From assembly GCA_964016885.1 (NCBI GenBank), contig OZ024741.1, positions 56,978,001 through 57,042,000 of the forward strand: 64,000 nt of DNA. The letters run 5' to 3'. The notes beneath the pieces were generated by a model, which was not told the DNA's origin, did no database searches, and saw only the letters and a list, made by a program, of their open reading frames with translations. Shown here piece after piece: positions 25,340 through 39,125 of this stretch. Both the position numbers and the translations under genes were made by a program. Numbering within the stretch: position 1 is the stretch's first letter; each line of letters starts with the position of its first letter. The stretch is from Eledone cirrhosa (Eukaryota).

Positions 25340-25943
25340 AAAATGTTGACAAATCAGGGTTGTGTATGCAACACACCAATCAGTGAACGGTGATTCAATT
25401 AGATTTAAGTTCTCGACGCCATGTGTATTTATCCAAATACGGTTTGTTAGTCTATGAAGGAGTATGTGTACAATAATGAAGATTAAGACTGGAAGATTAA
25501 GCGGAAGAAAAGCAGTGTAAATCCTCTCGTCTTCATGCAATATTCATTACTTCATATGTAAACCTACGACGAGATTCACCTCTGAAACCTAAAGCATCAC
25601 CTCTTCTCGTCTCATCGGATTGATGGACCAGGGCTAAATTTGATATAAGGACTACTGAGACCGGCTGGAGCAACGTAATTCATGGTGAAATACACCACTA
25701 TAGTATATCGACCGATCGATACTGTGACTACAATAACTGGGCTCACTTTGGATCTAACTCGTCAATTCTAATACCTGATTTTTTTCAAAACATACCGAGG
25801 TAGCCCGCATGCTATACCCTTAGGGTGGTGTTTACAAGTTACCATTCCCTTACAGTGGAAATATATAATGTTCTGCGTCTTTATTACAACTCCCATACAT
25901 TATTCTCTCCCAACATCCACTTCAACTCGATCAATCAGCTCGG

Positions 25944-26750
25944 TGACGCACTGGCCATATACCGAGAGGAATCAGCAAAGCTTGGCCTTTAGGTAAGGTG
26001 GGAGAAGACAAAGCTGTTGTATGTCGGCAATGGCCGGATCCTCCCCCGCTTCATACTCACCCCGACGCCGTGGAGTTTGTCAGCTCTTTCCTTTACTTGG
26101 TCTCGACTGTCACCAGCAATGGAGACCTGACCCCGAATATCAACCGTAGATGTTGCCTGTCTGCCGTGGCCATGCACTCCCTATGGAAGCCCCTTTGGTG
26201 CCATTGCTCAAGCTCCCAGAAGACGAAGCTCCGTATTTACAATGCATCGGTCCTCTCCGTCGCCTCTATGGAGCAGAAACGTGGCCCCTCACAAAGACCC
26301 TGGCAAAGAGGATTGACAGCTTCGATACAAGAGCCCTGAGGACCATCAAAAACATAGGATGGGACCACCATGTTTCCAACAAAGTGTTGCGTTTGCGCAT
26401 GCATCAGCCCACAGCTTCCCGGCTCATAGCTATCTGCCGCATGCGCTGGTATGGACATGTCCTCAGCTTTCCACCAAATCATCCTACCAGGGCCTTACTC
26501 TCGTTCAACGCAGTGGCTGCAGGCTGGAAGAAGCCCCGTGGCAGGCCTCGCACCAGATGGCTGGATATCACCAGGGAAGATCTTCGGAGGCTCAGCATCA
26601 TCTTGGAGGATGCAGATGAGCTGGCATCGGACCGCCATCGATGGAGGGCGCTGGTGGACCTGGTCGGCTCTACGCACGACGATGCTTTGGGATCGCTGGC
26701 TTAGGTTGAGTTGAACCCGGCCTCGCCAGGCAAGAGCAAGAAGAAGAGAA
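25944..26750 (+). mobile_element. RTE-clade LINE 3' fragment
   Basis: SFLYL, TKLRIYNASVLS, LYGAETW, RMRWYGHV, KKPRGRPRTRWLD; AAG-rich tail. Confidence 0.88.
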
Positions 26751-27229
26751 CATCCACTCCATGTCCTATTTTACAAAATATTGTAACTTTGATTATATTC
26801 ACTATTAGTTTTTATCATCTGACATTGTTCACATCAACCTTTTTACCAACTTTATCCTATACCCTTTAGTTTTTATCAATTTTGCCACTCATAATTCTTA
26901 TCTCTATTTTCCATTTTTTATTCTTTTATATATATATATTTTTTTTTTTTTTTTTTTAATTATTTCTGAATTTTCATTTAATTCATTGATTGATCGATTA
27001 ATTAATTTATTAATTTATTTTATTTTTTATTTTTATTTTTTTTAAATATTTTTGTACTTTAGTTTTATTAGTAACTATTGATTATTTCATGTAATAGTCC
27101 CTCTTATGCATCACTGTACAGGGTAGTACTGATTTCTGGTTACCATCTACTTTATTTACTCCTAATCTTGTGTTGGGCAGTTTTCTGCATGTGCGTAAGC
27201 GCGTATATGTAATTGTTTGTATTTGTATG

Positions 27230-27288
<59 letters not shown>

Positions 27289-27489
27289 GCGCGTGCGTGT
27301 GTGCGTGCATTCCGAGGAGTGTGCCGATGCTTATTTCCACGGGGCATCTGTAGTCATCGTGGTTGCTGCCACCCGCTGTAGGTGGTGTCCGGACGATCTA
27401 CCACTTATTCAGGGAGCTCCCCCCTCATATTGCAAAGATTCCAATATTTATAATTGCTAATACTATCTATCGGTCGCAACTCCAGGTAG

Positions 27490-27982
27490 AAGGAGCAACG
27501 TGAAATAAAGTATCTTGCTCAAGGACATAACGCATCGCCCGGTCTGGGAATCGAACTCACAACCTCACAATTGCAAAATATATATATATATATATATTAT
27601 CTTCCTATATATATCCACATTATTCCTCATATTTTCTTACTATACATTTCTTCCTACATGTTTTTATACCCTCTTATATACCTCCCCTCTTTCTAAATTT
27701 GTCTCGAGACCGGAGGCTCACCAGACTAGTGCTTGTCCCCTTTTGTTTCTGTGGCGTGAAGCGACTGAGCGTACAAGACTTTCCCCTGGACAGGATGCCA
27801 TTCCATCGCAGGGTTAAACTCCCTAGCTATTGTTGGTACTTATTTTCAGCTGAGCGTACTGGGGCAGCAGGAAATGAAGTGTTTTGCTCAAGAACGTAAC
27901 ACACAACCAAATCCAGGAATCGAACCTACGACCTTATGATCGTAAGTCCAACACCCTTACCCCTAGTTCATGCACCTCCACA
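27490..27982 (-). mobile_element. SINE family B-related copies (27490-27572, 27700-27982)
   Basis: B-box GTTCGATTCC on the minus strand and GTCCTTGAGCAAGATACTTT-type body. Confidence 0.75.
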
Positions 27983-28140
27983 CCTACACTGTTTATAACC
28001 TCTTTATATGATTTTTATTTATTTATTTTTATTTATCTTCATTTTATTGTACTACTATATTAGTTTTGAAATCCTCACGTTTTTTAAATATTTTCCTCTA
28101 TATTATATAGGTCATATACTTCATATAATTGGACACTACA

Positions 28141-29270
28141 TAATTTTTAATCTTTACTTTTTTAAGTGTTAATCTTATTTCTAATTTTTAATCTTTAATT
28201 TTTTAAGTGTTAATCTTATTTCTAATTTTTAATCTTTAATTTTTTACGTGTTAATCTTATTTCTAATTTTTTATGTTTAATTTTTTAAGTGTTAATCTTA
28301 TTTCTAATTTTTAATCTTTAATTTTTTAAGTGTTAATCTTATTTCTAATTTTTTATCTTTAATTTTTTACGTGTTAATTTTATTTCTAATTTTTATGTTT
28401 AATTTTTTAAGTGTTAATCTTATTTCTAATTTTTAATCTTTAATTTTTTAAGTGTTAATCTTATTTCTAATTTTTAATCTTTAATTTTTTACGTGTTAAT
28501 TTTATTTCTAATTTTTTATGTTTAATTTTTTAAGTGTTAATCTTATTTCTAATTTTTAATCTTTAATTTTTTAAGTGTTAATCTTATTTCTAATTTTTAA
28601 TCTTTAATTTTTTACGTGTTAATCTTATTTCTAATTTTTTATGTTTAATTTTTTAAGTGTTAATCTTATTTCTAATTTTTAATCTTTAATTTTTTAAGTG
28701 TTAATCTTATTTCTAATTTTTAATCTTTAATTTTTTACGTGTTAATTTTATTTCTAATTTTTATGTTTAATTTTTTAAGTGTTAATCTTATTTCTAATTT
28801 TTAATCTTTAATTTTTTAAGTGTTAATCTTATTTCTAATTTTTAATTTTTAATTTTTTACGTGTTAATTTTATTTCTAATTTTTTATGTTTAATTTTTTA
28901 AGTGTTAATCTTATTTCTAATTTTTAATCTTTAATTTTTTAAGTGTTTGTCTTATTTCTAATTTTTAATCTTTAATTTTTTAAGTGTTAATCTTATTTCT
29001 AATTTTTAATCTTTAATTTTTTACGTGTTAATCTTATTTCTAATTTTTATGTTTAATTTTTTAAGTGTTAATCTTATTTCTAATTTTTAATCTTTAATTT
29101 TTTACGTGTTAATCTTATTTCTAATTTTTAATCTTTAATTTGTTAAGTGTTAATCTTATTTCTAATTTTTAATCTTTAATTTTTTAAGTGTTAATCTTAT
29201 TTCTAATTTTTAATCTTTAATTTTTTAAGTGTTTGTCTTATTTCTAATTTTTAATGTTTAATTCTAATTT
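28141..29270. repeat. 41-bp AT-rich minisatellite, about 27 copies, with 3-monomer higher-order repeat
   Basis: Unit TAATTTTTAATCTTTAATTTTTTAAGTGTTAATCTTATTTC. Confidence 0.97.
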
Positions 29271-29499
29271 CTAGGCCCTTAAAATTAATTTATCGTTTTT
29301 TTTATTTATTCACTTCTTTAATTGACTTCTTTATCAATTGAAGCCTTTGCGGTCAGTGAAACGACCCGGGTTGTGTCGCCAGACAAGCGTGTGAGCGGTG
29401 GGGGTGAGCATGCTGTTGGCGGCTGATGGACTAGAATCCAGCAGCAAAGTAGGAATTCTTCTACTGAATTGAACTTAATGACCTTAATATCTCATTAAC

Positions 29500-29698
29500 T
29501 GTGGAGGGTGAACAGTACAAGGAGGGTGGAGGTGAGGCAGTTAGAGAAAGAAATGGGAGGACAACATCCTGGATAGACATGAAGTTGAGTGCAACCATGA
29601 GGAGGGAAAAGAGGCGAGAGGAATGGAGGGAGCTGGTTACCAGGTCATCTGTGACGCCCCAAAGGTCTACCAGACTACGAGACAGATGAGATGAGATG
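29500..29698 (+). mobile_element. Short RTE-like 3' end
   Basis: REEWRELVTRSSVTPQRSTRLRDR* followed by a (GATGA)n tail. Confidence 0.6.
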
Positions 29699-29711
29699 TA
29701 TATATATATAT

Positions 29712-29765
29712 AAACCCACCATATAACAAATATCTAGCGGAATTTGAAAACGAAATGGTCTAAAT
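29712..29765 (+). mobile_element. 5' piece of a PLE split by the hAT insertion
   Basis: NPPYNKYLAEFENEMV continues in frame (past one stop inside the TSD) into IHGVKFRKD... at 36521. Confidence 0.7.
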
Positions 29766-30070
29766 TAAAGGTTCTCAACGGGGGAGGGAGGGGGCATTTC
29801 GTAGATCCAGGGGTCGTTATGCAGTAAGTTATGAAACTTTGAGGGCGCTAGAAGCCCCTTTAGTTTGGTAAGTTTTATAGGTCATATTTTACGTCTCCTA
29901 AACAGTCAGTGATTTGAATGAAGAAAACGAAGAAAATAAATAAAAGAAGCTTGTCAACGAATTCCCTAGGGAGATAAAAGAAAATCGAAAGAAATCAAAG
30001 AGAATGAAGGTAAGGACTACTTCAACAGAAATGACAAGAAGAAGCAATGGTGGTGAACATACACACACAT

Positions 30071-30105
<35 letters not shown>

Positions 30106-30334
30106 TATATACACATACATACACACACACACACATATACACACACAGGCCGGCGTTAGTTATTGATGAGGTTGAGAACCCGGTCAACTTTCAGCCAGAA
30201 GTGTGGTATTTAATCTCCCTAGGTAATAAAATCTGGCGACAAAAATGTTCTTCTTACCAAAAAAAGAAGACATAGATCATATCAACATCCTTACACACTT
30301 AAATATAAATGTATGTATATATGTATGTATTTAG

Positions 30335-30378
<44 letters not shown>

Positions 30379-30520
30379 ATACTTTGGGAGGGTCATGTTG
30401 CCAAAGTATAACAATATCGGTTTCAACACACGTTTTCAAATAAAGAATCTTGCTAAACAAATTCAGAAACGAAATATATATATATATATATATATAAATC
30501 TACATACATATATATATATA

Positions 30521-31102
30521 ACTTTGATAACTTTGATAGGTTTCGGCCAGTATTGACCCAGGCCATGTCTAACTTAAAAGCACCACCTAGCGAAGTCTTA
30601 CAAATCAGTGTTTGGGCACCATGGCCCACTCGAGCACAGAGTTATTGTTTACGGAGGCATATCCGGGTGTAGGAGGCTTATCCGGGATTTCTTGAAGGAA
30701 TTTATCCAAAGACTTCTTGAACTTGATGGGGTCTGTCTCTGCTTTGATGTGTTTTGGTGTAATGTTAAAGAGTGCAGGGCCAATTGAGGTGAAATAATTG
30801 TGCAGTATTGTTATGTGATGCGAGTGGGATTTTTGTTGTGGGCGGATAGCTCGGGGCCAAAGCCTTGGGTGTACACTAAAGGTGATGCCAACATCATTTG
30901 GGCTAAGCTGATGGAATATTTTCCACATCATACAGATAATGTAGCGCTCACGGCGACGTTGAAGAGAATAAAGTTTGAGCGTTTCTAATCGGCCCCAATA
31001 GTCAAGGCCTGTCATGCCAACTATCTTTTTTGTAATTGACCTTTCGGGTGCTTCAACTTTCATGATACTTTGTTTCGCGTGGGGTGACCACAGTGGACAA
31101 TA
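30521..31102 (-). mobile_element. CR1-group LINE 3' fragment
   Basis: CPLWSP, DYWGRLETLKLYSLQRRRERY, GPALFN, FKKSLDKFL; 3' stem-loop GGCC..GGCC and (TATCAAAGT)2 tail. Confidence 0.85.
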
Positions 31103-31118
31103 CATACATACACACATA

Positions 31119-31159
<41 letters not shown>

Positions 31160-31381
31160 CTACATACATACATATATTTATATATATATATATATAAATA
31201 CATACACACACATATATATATATATAAATCTACATAAATACGTACATATATATATATATATATATAAATCTACATACATATATACATACATATATACATA
31301 CATACATTATTTACGTATGTATATAGCTATGCATTTATACATTTGTATATATACATGCATTTATATTTAAGTGTGTAATGT

Positions 31382-31438
<57 letters not shown>

Positions 31439-31450
31439 TTACACACACAT

Positions 31451-31517
<67 letters not shown>

Positions 31518-31521
<4 letters not shown>

Positions 31522-31745
31522 GTGTGACAAGAAGCTTGTTTCCCAACCACATATTTCCGGGTTCAATCCCACTGCCCGGGACGACCAAAGCCCTGTGAGT
31601 GAATTTGATAGATCGAAACTAAAAGAAGCCCGTCGTATATATGTATATATGTCTGTGCGTGTCTTTACGTTTGTGTTTGCCCTCCCACCAATGCTTGTTG
31701 GTTTGTTGACGTCCCCTTAACATACCAAGGTGATGCTCTAGCATA
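31518..31745 (+). mobile_element. tRNA-derived SINE family C, internally deleted
   Basis: CCGGGTTCAATCCCACTGC B-box, GACCAAAGCCCTGTGAGTG, AAAGAAGCCCGTCGTATAT. Confidence 0.65.
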
Positions 31746-31821
31746 GGCGTAGTCCAGATACAGAAAAAAAGTAAAATATATATATATGTGTGTGTGTGTG
31801 TGCGTGTGTGTGTGTGTAGAA

Positions 31822-32225
31822 GAGGGGTCTCGAACTCAAGGACACAAAAGGGGTATTACGTCCTGGAGGAGAGGCACAGTGGGCCAAACGTGTTGGTGGG
31901 TGAAAATTTTCACCAGTTATAATCATTTCTACTATAGGAACAAGGCATGCAATTTGGGATTTAGAGTTCAGTCGATTGCATCGATCCTAGTACACAACTG
32001 GTACTTAATTCATCGACCCCAAAAGGATGTAAGGCAAAGTTGAGATCGGCAGAATTTGAACTCAGAACGTAAAAACGGAAGAAGTACCGTTAAGCATTTC
32101 GCCAGATGTGCTAACGATTCCACCAGCCCGCCGCCTTATTTTCACCAGTTATAATGCGATATGAAATATTGGTTCTACCACGGGCCACAGATAAGTAGTT
32201 CGCGGGCCGCATGTGTGAGCCCCTG
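31822..32225. mobile_element. Old hAT-type MITE
   Basis: Ends GAGGGGTCTCGAAC / GTGTGAGCCCCTG, subterminal GCGGGCCGCA; degenerate TSD (5/8). Confidence 0.5.
31924..32137 (-). mobile_element. SINE family A with an 18-bp TSD
   Basis: ATTTTCACCAGTTATAAT at 31906-31923 and 32138-32155. Confidence 0.92.
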
Positions 32226-32308
32226 TTGGAGATAGATAGATAGATAGATGTGTACCAAACACACACACATTTCTTACTCTCTCTGTTCCTCCTTCTTTCT
32301 CTCTTATT

Positions 32309-32493
<185 letters not shown>

Positions 32494-32625
32494 AGCGTTG
32501 TTATTTGGCGTTGTTGAAAAGAGCAGTGGCCTTTGACCTGGCAATAAAAAACTGTAGACAAAATTATTTCTGGACCCAAGCCAAGGCACACACACACACA
32601 AGACACGCACACACACACACACACA

Positions 32626-32668
<43 letters not shown>

Positions 32669-33079
32669 CTATGTGTGTTTGTGTGTGTCTGTGTATCTAT
32701 ATATAAGGGATACAAATACTACTTTCTCACTGTCTCCAAGCTTCATTAGTTGCTAAGTATTTTATTTTGCTACGAGGTATTTTATTTTGCAAGGTACTAC
32801 TTTTTCCCTGAGTTTGTGATTTCAGAGAAAGGTAAGAAATTCTTCATATTTTACATCTTTTGTATTTTGACTTTACAGTTTGAATTGTAGAATTGTTTAC
32901 CCAATCAAAATATTACAACAGCTAACAGTGAAATATATAATTTAAAAAAAAAAGCTTTTTCGACTGAAATCAAGTTTTTGAGAACATTCACGTCTATTTT
33001 TCAAAAATATATAATTTGAAATAGTTTGCTTTTGTTTTGGACTGAAACTTTTTTTGTATTTAATTCGTACGGGTATTTT

Positions 33080-34284
33080 TTAAAGATTCTAACATAACTT
33101 GATTTGTCCCATTACGTGCACTGCGGCATTCATATTTCTCAACTTATTATAACTAAGTCTGTACAACAAGCTTCACTTATCAAAAATGTTCTAGGTTACT
33201 TGAATGAATTGCGGAAACTATATAGTACATCAGGGAAATTTAAGCAAGCGTATTTATCACAACATGATGAAGAAAATTAAGTATCGTCACCACGCTCCTT
33301 AACACCTGTGTGCCCTATTTGATGGCTAACACGACTTTCTGCAGTCAAAGCCCTTTTTGACAATTATTCAGATGTCCCTATTTCTTTACAAGAGGCAACA
33401 AATGAGTTTGGCACCAACATTGCATCCAGAGCTAATGTTATTCTTACGTGTCACTCTCCGGGCCAATGTGTTCTTGGATTGCACGTTATAGTTCCATTAC
33501 TTCAATTCCTTGAAGGATTGAACAAATCTTTTCAAAGTACCACCTTTAATCTAGGTAGCATGTTGCATAGTGTCAAACTGGTGCAGGAGGAGCTAAAAAA
33601 ATCTACACAGTGAAGGAACATTTCAGGAGCTGTTCAATACAGCAGAAAAATGATTTATCAACTCGATATTTCTCCTTTGGAGCTACCCAGGCAACGAAAA
33701 GTTCCTAAAAGATACCAGGAAGGAAATGCGTTAAAATATCAACACTGCACTGCTTTGGATCATTACAGAGTGCAGTATTTGCAGGTAGCGGATATTGCAA
33801 TATCAAATTTGAAAGATTTTTTTTTTTTTTCACAGGATTTAGCAGATTATGAAAAACTGAGCAATATTTTACTCAATGGAAATGTTTGTGCTGAAGTGAT
33901 CATGCAGTATCCAGAGCTTGATGGCTTTTCTGTAAGGAACGAAATACTTTTTTATAGAAATCATCATAATGGATCATCTCTCGAGGATCATCGTAAAATA
34001 TTCGGTGAAATGCAACCAGAAGTCCGTCACATGTTTCTAAATGTTGAGCGATTGCTCAGGCTACTTTTAATGTTTCCAACCAGTTCTTGTGAAGCTGAAA
34101 GATCTTTTAGAATTCTGCAGAGACTCAAAACTTGGTTGCGATCGACCATGACTCAGCAAAGGTTGAATCATATTCTAATATGAGACGTTCATAAAGATGT
34201 TTCGAAAAAGATTAGTTGTGAAGAAGTTGCTAAATTATTTTTTGACAGCAATGATGCGAGATATGATACATTTGGACAGTTCTA
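33080..34284 (+). pseudogene. hAT transposase C-terminal half (Tip100/ZMYM1-like), disrupted
   Basis: HYVHCGIH (CxxH), WLTRLSAV, RQRKVPKRY, hATC dimerisation motif PTSSCEAERSFRILQRLKTWLRSTMTQQRLN; several stops. Confidence 0.85.
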
Positions 34285-35246
34285 AAAGACAATAAATTTA
34301 CTTTATATGATTTTTATTCAAACGTCTATGTTTTATTTTTTGTTTATTTGATATAACAAATAGTTGTTAAGCTTATTTTTTTTCATATCTGAACTTCATT
34401 TGAATATATAAAATTTAATTAGCGTAAAGAAATGTTTGCTTATGTGAGAGGGTTCAGGAAAGACACCATAAGTAATACTAAAATGCTCCAACAAATGTTG
34501 GTTTGTCCCCCTCACATTTTTAAGGCAAACGAGGCCCCAGGAAGAGCAACATTATTCACTGACCCGTTCATCACCGTGATCGGCTTGAACTCGATACTTC
34601 AGCTCATTCTTACTAACATTCGGTTTGCTTGACCCCATCTTATCTTCATTGCATTTCCACATCATTTATTCTATAACTAGGTTGTTGCTATTCCTATATA
34701 AACTGACTGTTTATACTACGATCAAGCCTTGGGCTTAAGGAAGTGCTTTTGTAGTCTTCAACAGTCATCCATTATAATTGCAGCACCATTACAAGAATAT
34801 CACAGTGATGCATTAAGGTAAGAGCGATAATTTGAGTAGCTCTGACTAATAAGTAATGTCTTAACTTAGTATTATCGCGTCTTATCACTACGTGCTTAAT
34901 TGATGAATTCCATTTCAAAATAGCACATTACTAGTCATCTTACATTAAGTTCTCTTGAACTCGTTGACTCGTTGATACTTTATTGAGTCTGCCACCTTAA
35001 TTCCCTCAAGCTAAGTTATTACTATTCCTACATGAAGGACTGGTTAATCTGCATATATAACTTGTCTCGACTTGGTTAATTAATGACAGTATTTGTGTTT
35101 ATTACAAAGTGTTATTCCAGAACATTACTTGAAACTTTATCATACTGGAACAGGACTCATTATAGTAAGTTCCTTATACATAATTTTATAGGCTTATATA
35201 GGCAAATCTTTGCGTAACTTTACCAAACACATTCGCTAAACAGAAA

Positions 35247-36226
35247 ATGGCCTCAGCAATGAAGAAAAGATGCAGGCAGTACAGCGTTGATTACTTACAG
35301 TTCGGATTCATCCCATCGCCGTCGAACCACCTGTCAGCCTTGTGTTTAATTTGCAAGGAGTCCTTTTCGAATGAGGCGATGAAGCCATCGCGTTTGAGTA
35401 AACACCTGGAGGTGAGGCACCCCGATAAGAGATATAAAGATTTAGCATACTTTCAGTCTCTTAGGGACCAATTCCAGAAAACAACACTAATTTCTTCTGC
35501 CTTTTCAAAAGTTGAAGCTTCAAATGTTGATGGACTTGTCGCATCTTACAATATTGCCAACATAATCGCAAAGTGTGGCAAGCCTCATTCCTTGGGTGAA
35601 ACATTGGTAGCTCCTGTCATCTCAGAAGTTCTTTCAACAGTACTACGTCAGAACCCGTTAAAGACCTTGAAATGTATTCCGTTGAGTAACGACTCAATAA
35701 GGAGACGCATCGACGAAATGGCGGAAAATGTTGAACAAAAATTATGCAACATCTTGAAATCGACACAATTTGCTTTGCAACTTGATGAAAGCACACTTAC
35801 CGGGAATCAGTCCTTACTACTGGGATACGTGCGATTTTTCCACCAAAACGAAATGCACGAGGAGCATCTCTTCACTCTGAATCTTAGCCACAGATACTAA
35901 AGGTGCCACCATCTTTGAATCTGTCAAGGGATACCTCGAAGAAAAAGAGATACCTCTTAACAATATTGTATCATGTGCAACGGACGGCGCAAGAGCAATG
36001 GTCGGCCAACATAAGGGTTTCGTCTCTCTTCTGAAGAGGGAAAATCCATCTGTATTTGCTGTTCACTGTGTCATTCATCGACAACACTTGGCTGCGAAGA
36101 AACTCAGCGAGCCGCTGAGCAAATCTTTGCAGGTAGCCATTGATGTCATCAATTATATCAAACGCCATGCTCTCAATGAACGAATTTTCCGACAACTGTG
36201 CGAAGATAATGACGAAGAATTCAAAA
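35247..36226 (+). pseudogene. Buster-type hAT transposase, frameshifted and 3'-truncated
   Basis: BED finger CLICKE..MKPSRLSKHLEVRH, LQLDEST, CATDGARAM, VHCVIHRQHL; frameshift near 35885; no C-terminal domain. Confidence 0.9.
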
Positions 36227-36512
36227 TAGCTGGTATCGTCTGGTGGGAATATAACAAATTCAACTGGTCCTTATTCATAAAAAAGAACATTTATGTTCCT
36301 TTTTTTGAAATTTATATACTTCCTTTCAAGGAATGTATTTATACTTTCAACTGCCTGCAATGGTATCTTTGGAATATCGTTAATCAATTTTTTAGTAATC
36401 TACTGATATCAAAATCAGTAGTATATTGAAAAATGGAAAAAAAGGGTAAGGGGCGTTTCGTGATTTCGAGGGGCAAAGGGGGCGTTTGGCCGAAATGGGT
36501 TGAGAACCTTTG

Positions 36513-37180
36513 GTCTAAATAATACATGGTGTCAAATTCAGGAAAGATCCATACAGAGGTCAGAAGCAACTGAAAAGCCTAAAGGACTTGATTAAGGAAC
36601 TTCAGAAAACTAAGAAAATTCTGGTCCACTCTAACAAAACCAATAACCTGTATGGATTGGATGAGGAGGAATACAAAAAAATTAATAATCAAAGAACTAA
36701 GAAAAAAACTATCGTAAAATGACCTTTGAAACCTTGAATCAATAAATAAGGAAGATAAGGAAATAGTCACTAAACTGGGGATCGAACACCGCACGGAACC
36801 TTACAAACCTAGAACACAGAGGATTAATATGAAAGACCATAAAATAGTTTTGAATCAGATCTACCAGTTAGACTTATGGCACCATCTAGATCCGACTTAG
36901 AAATCATAAGTAAGAGCATACTAGACAGGATCATACCACCATTAAAGCTGAGGATCCAACTTAAACTATGGAATGGAACCAACGAGGTTATTGAATGGTT
37001 CACTGAACTAGAAAACAAAAATAGGACTAAATTCATACAAATGGATGTAGCTAGCTACTACTCATCAATTTCACCAATACTACTCAATAAGGCTCTGATA
37101 TACGCAATGAAATAAACGAATCTTACTAATGAGCAAGTTAACATTGTACTAACGGCCAGAAAAACGATAGTAGATTTCAA
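36513..37180 (+). mobile_element. Penelope-like RT fragment (3' piece of the split PLE)
   Basis: KTNNLY, RLMAPSRSDLEIISKSILD, LWNGTNEVIEWF, KFIQMDVASYYSSI align to the 42-43 kb PLE RT. Confidence 0.85.
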
Positions 37181-37239
37181 CTACATCCAACCTAGTCAAC
37201 TACACCTAATCTAGTCAACACATCCAACTCTGTTCCATG

Positions 37240-38985
37240 CATCATTATATTTATCTCAATATATGCTTCCCTTGGTGATGGGGTGAACATTACCTTGGTC
37301 CTTTTTAGATTAATTTTCATGCCAAAGGCATTACAAGAAGCTGCAAAACAATCCATGATGTGGTGCATGTTATCTTAAGAGTGAGCCAGAAAGTCAACAT
37401 CGTCTGCATACAGAAGTTCTCTAATTAATATTTGGAGCACCTTGGATTTGAAATTGAACCGTCTTAGGTCAAAGATCCTTCCTGTAGTTCTAACTTGCAA
37501 TAGAACACTCTTTGCACAGTCCTGGAATGCATGAGTCAGCATCACAGCAAAAATATTGAAAACAGTGTGGGAGCCGGGATATCTCCCTGCTTCATGCCAT
37601 TATCAACTGGGATTTCGTTGGACAATTCTCCATTCAAGACAACCCGAGCCTTCATATTTCTGTGCAGTCGGACAAACATATCAATAAACTTCGGTGGGCA
37701 CTCATTTTCCCTAATATTTTCTACAGCGCACCTCTGTTCACTGTATCAAAATAATCAACGAAAACCTGATACAGAGGAACTCGCTCTCAATACATATCTC
37801 CTGAATCTGCCTTGCAGAGAAGATCATATCTATCGTCCCTCTGCCAGATCTAAAGCCACTTTGTGGTTCAGGGATTACTGTTGGACAAATGTCCTCCATC
37901 AACCTGTTCAATAATAATCTAGCAAGAACTTTGCCCACAGACTCCAACAGACTGATGCCATGGTAGTGATCGCAAATTCCTTTATCCCCTTTACCTTTAA
38001 ATAAGGTCACCAAGATACCATCTATCCAATCTTGTGGTATAGGAACTCCAGCCCAGCACTCTGTGATGAGATGGAGTATTGTTTATGTTATGATCTTATT
38101 ACTTGTGATGAGATGGAGTATTGTTTATGTTATGATCTTATTACTTGTGATGAGATGGAGTATTGTTTATGTTATGATCTTATTACTTGTGATGAGATGG
38201 AGTATTGTTTATGTTATGATCTTATTACTTGTGATAGATGGAGTATTGTTTATGTTATGATCTTATTACTAACCTTTAACAATTCCACAGGGATTCCATC
38301 TGATCCAGGTGCCTTACCCGTGTTTGATTGGTTCATGGCCATTTTAACCTCATTATAATCTGGTAATCGATCCATTTTAAAATTTACAACACATTGGAGG
38401 ATGCCATCTAGCACATCATAATCAACTAACGATGAATTATCAAATAAATCAGTGAAATGTTCTTGCTAATGCTTAAGGATTTTCTTTGATTCCTTGATGA
38501 TGGCAGTGTCGTCTTTGGACCTAATGGGAACAATAGACGAAGTTGTTGGACCATATACTGCACGCAAAAGACTATAAAACAGTTTTTGCGCTATAAGCAC
38601 TTTGAATATCTTCAGAGAACTTCAACCACCATTTATTTTTAAGACTTCTCAGCTCGCGTTGTAAGGTGGCTTTATATTCTTTATATGTATTTTTAATAGC
38701 AGTTAAATTCGTAGGGCACTCTCCCAGAAGCTTTTCATGAAGAGCATGTTTTTTTCTTTAATAGTTGGCTGATAACCAGATTATTATCATCAAACCAGTC
38801 TTTATGTTGTTTTTTCACACTGAATCCAAGTTCTTCTGCTCCTGCTGTATACATTTGATCCATGAAGTTTATCCACGTTCCATCGAAGTCAATATTATTC
38901 AAGCGTTTATTCAAAACCTCGCGTACCTCTTACTGTTTTGACATTCCAACATCAATACGCTTCAGTGTTTTGATCCCACTCATAC
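37240..38985 (-). mobile_element. RTE (BovB-like) LINE internal fragment
   Basis: GKAPGSDGIP, FKGKGDK..CDHYHGISLL, QSGFRSGRGTIDMIF, ELLYADD. Confidence 0.88.
38062..38270. repeat. 42-bp tandem repeat x5 inside the RTE ORF
   Basis: TGTGATGAGATGGAGTATTGTTTATGTTATGATCTTATTACT. Confidence 0.97.
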
Positions 38986-39092
38986 GATATTTTATGTGTG
39001 TGTATGTATGTACATAGATACACACATACGAGATTTTATGTATGTATCTACATACATACATACATACATACATACATACATACATACATACA

Positions 39093-39125
<33 letters not shown>

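Noticed and set aside
32826-32831. 6-nt microexon (TTTCAG|AGAAAG|GTAAGA)
   Set aside because: It lies inside nested transposons and such motifs arise by chance; no supporting evidence.
35247-36429. Domesticated ZBED/SCAND3-like host gene
   Set aside because: Frameshifted, truncated, and enclosed by TIRs and a TSD.
38062-38270. CRISPR-like periodicity (also 28141-29270 and 20840-21100)
   Set aside because: Units are contiguous with no unique spacers, there are no cas genes, and the context is eukaryotic.
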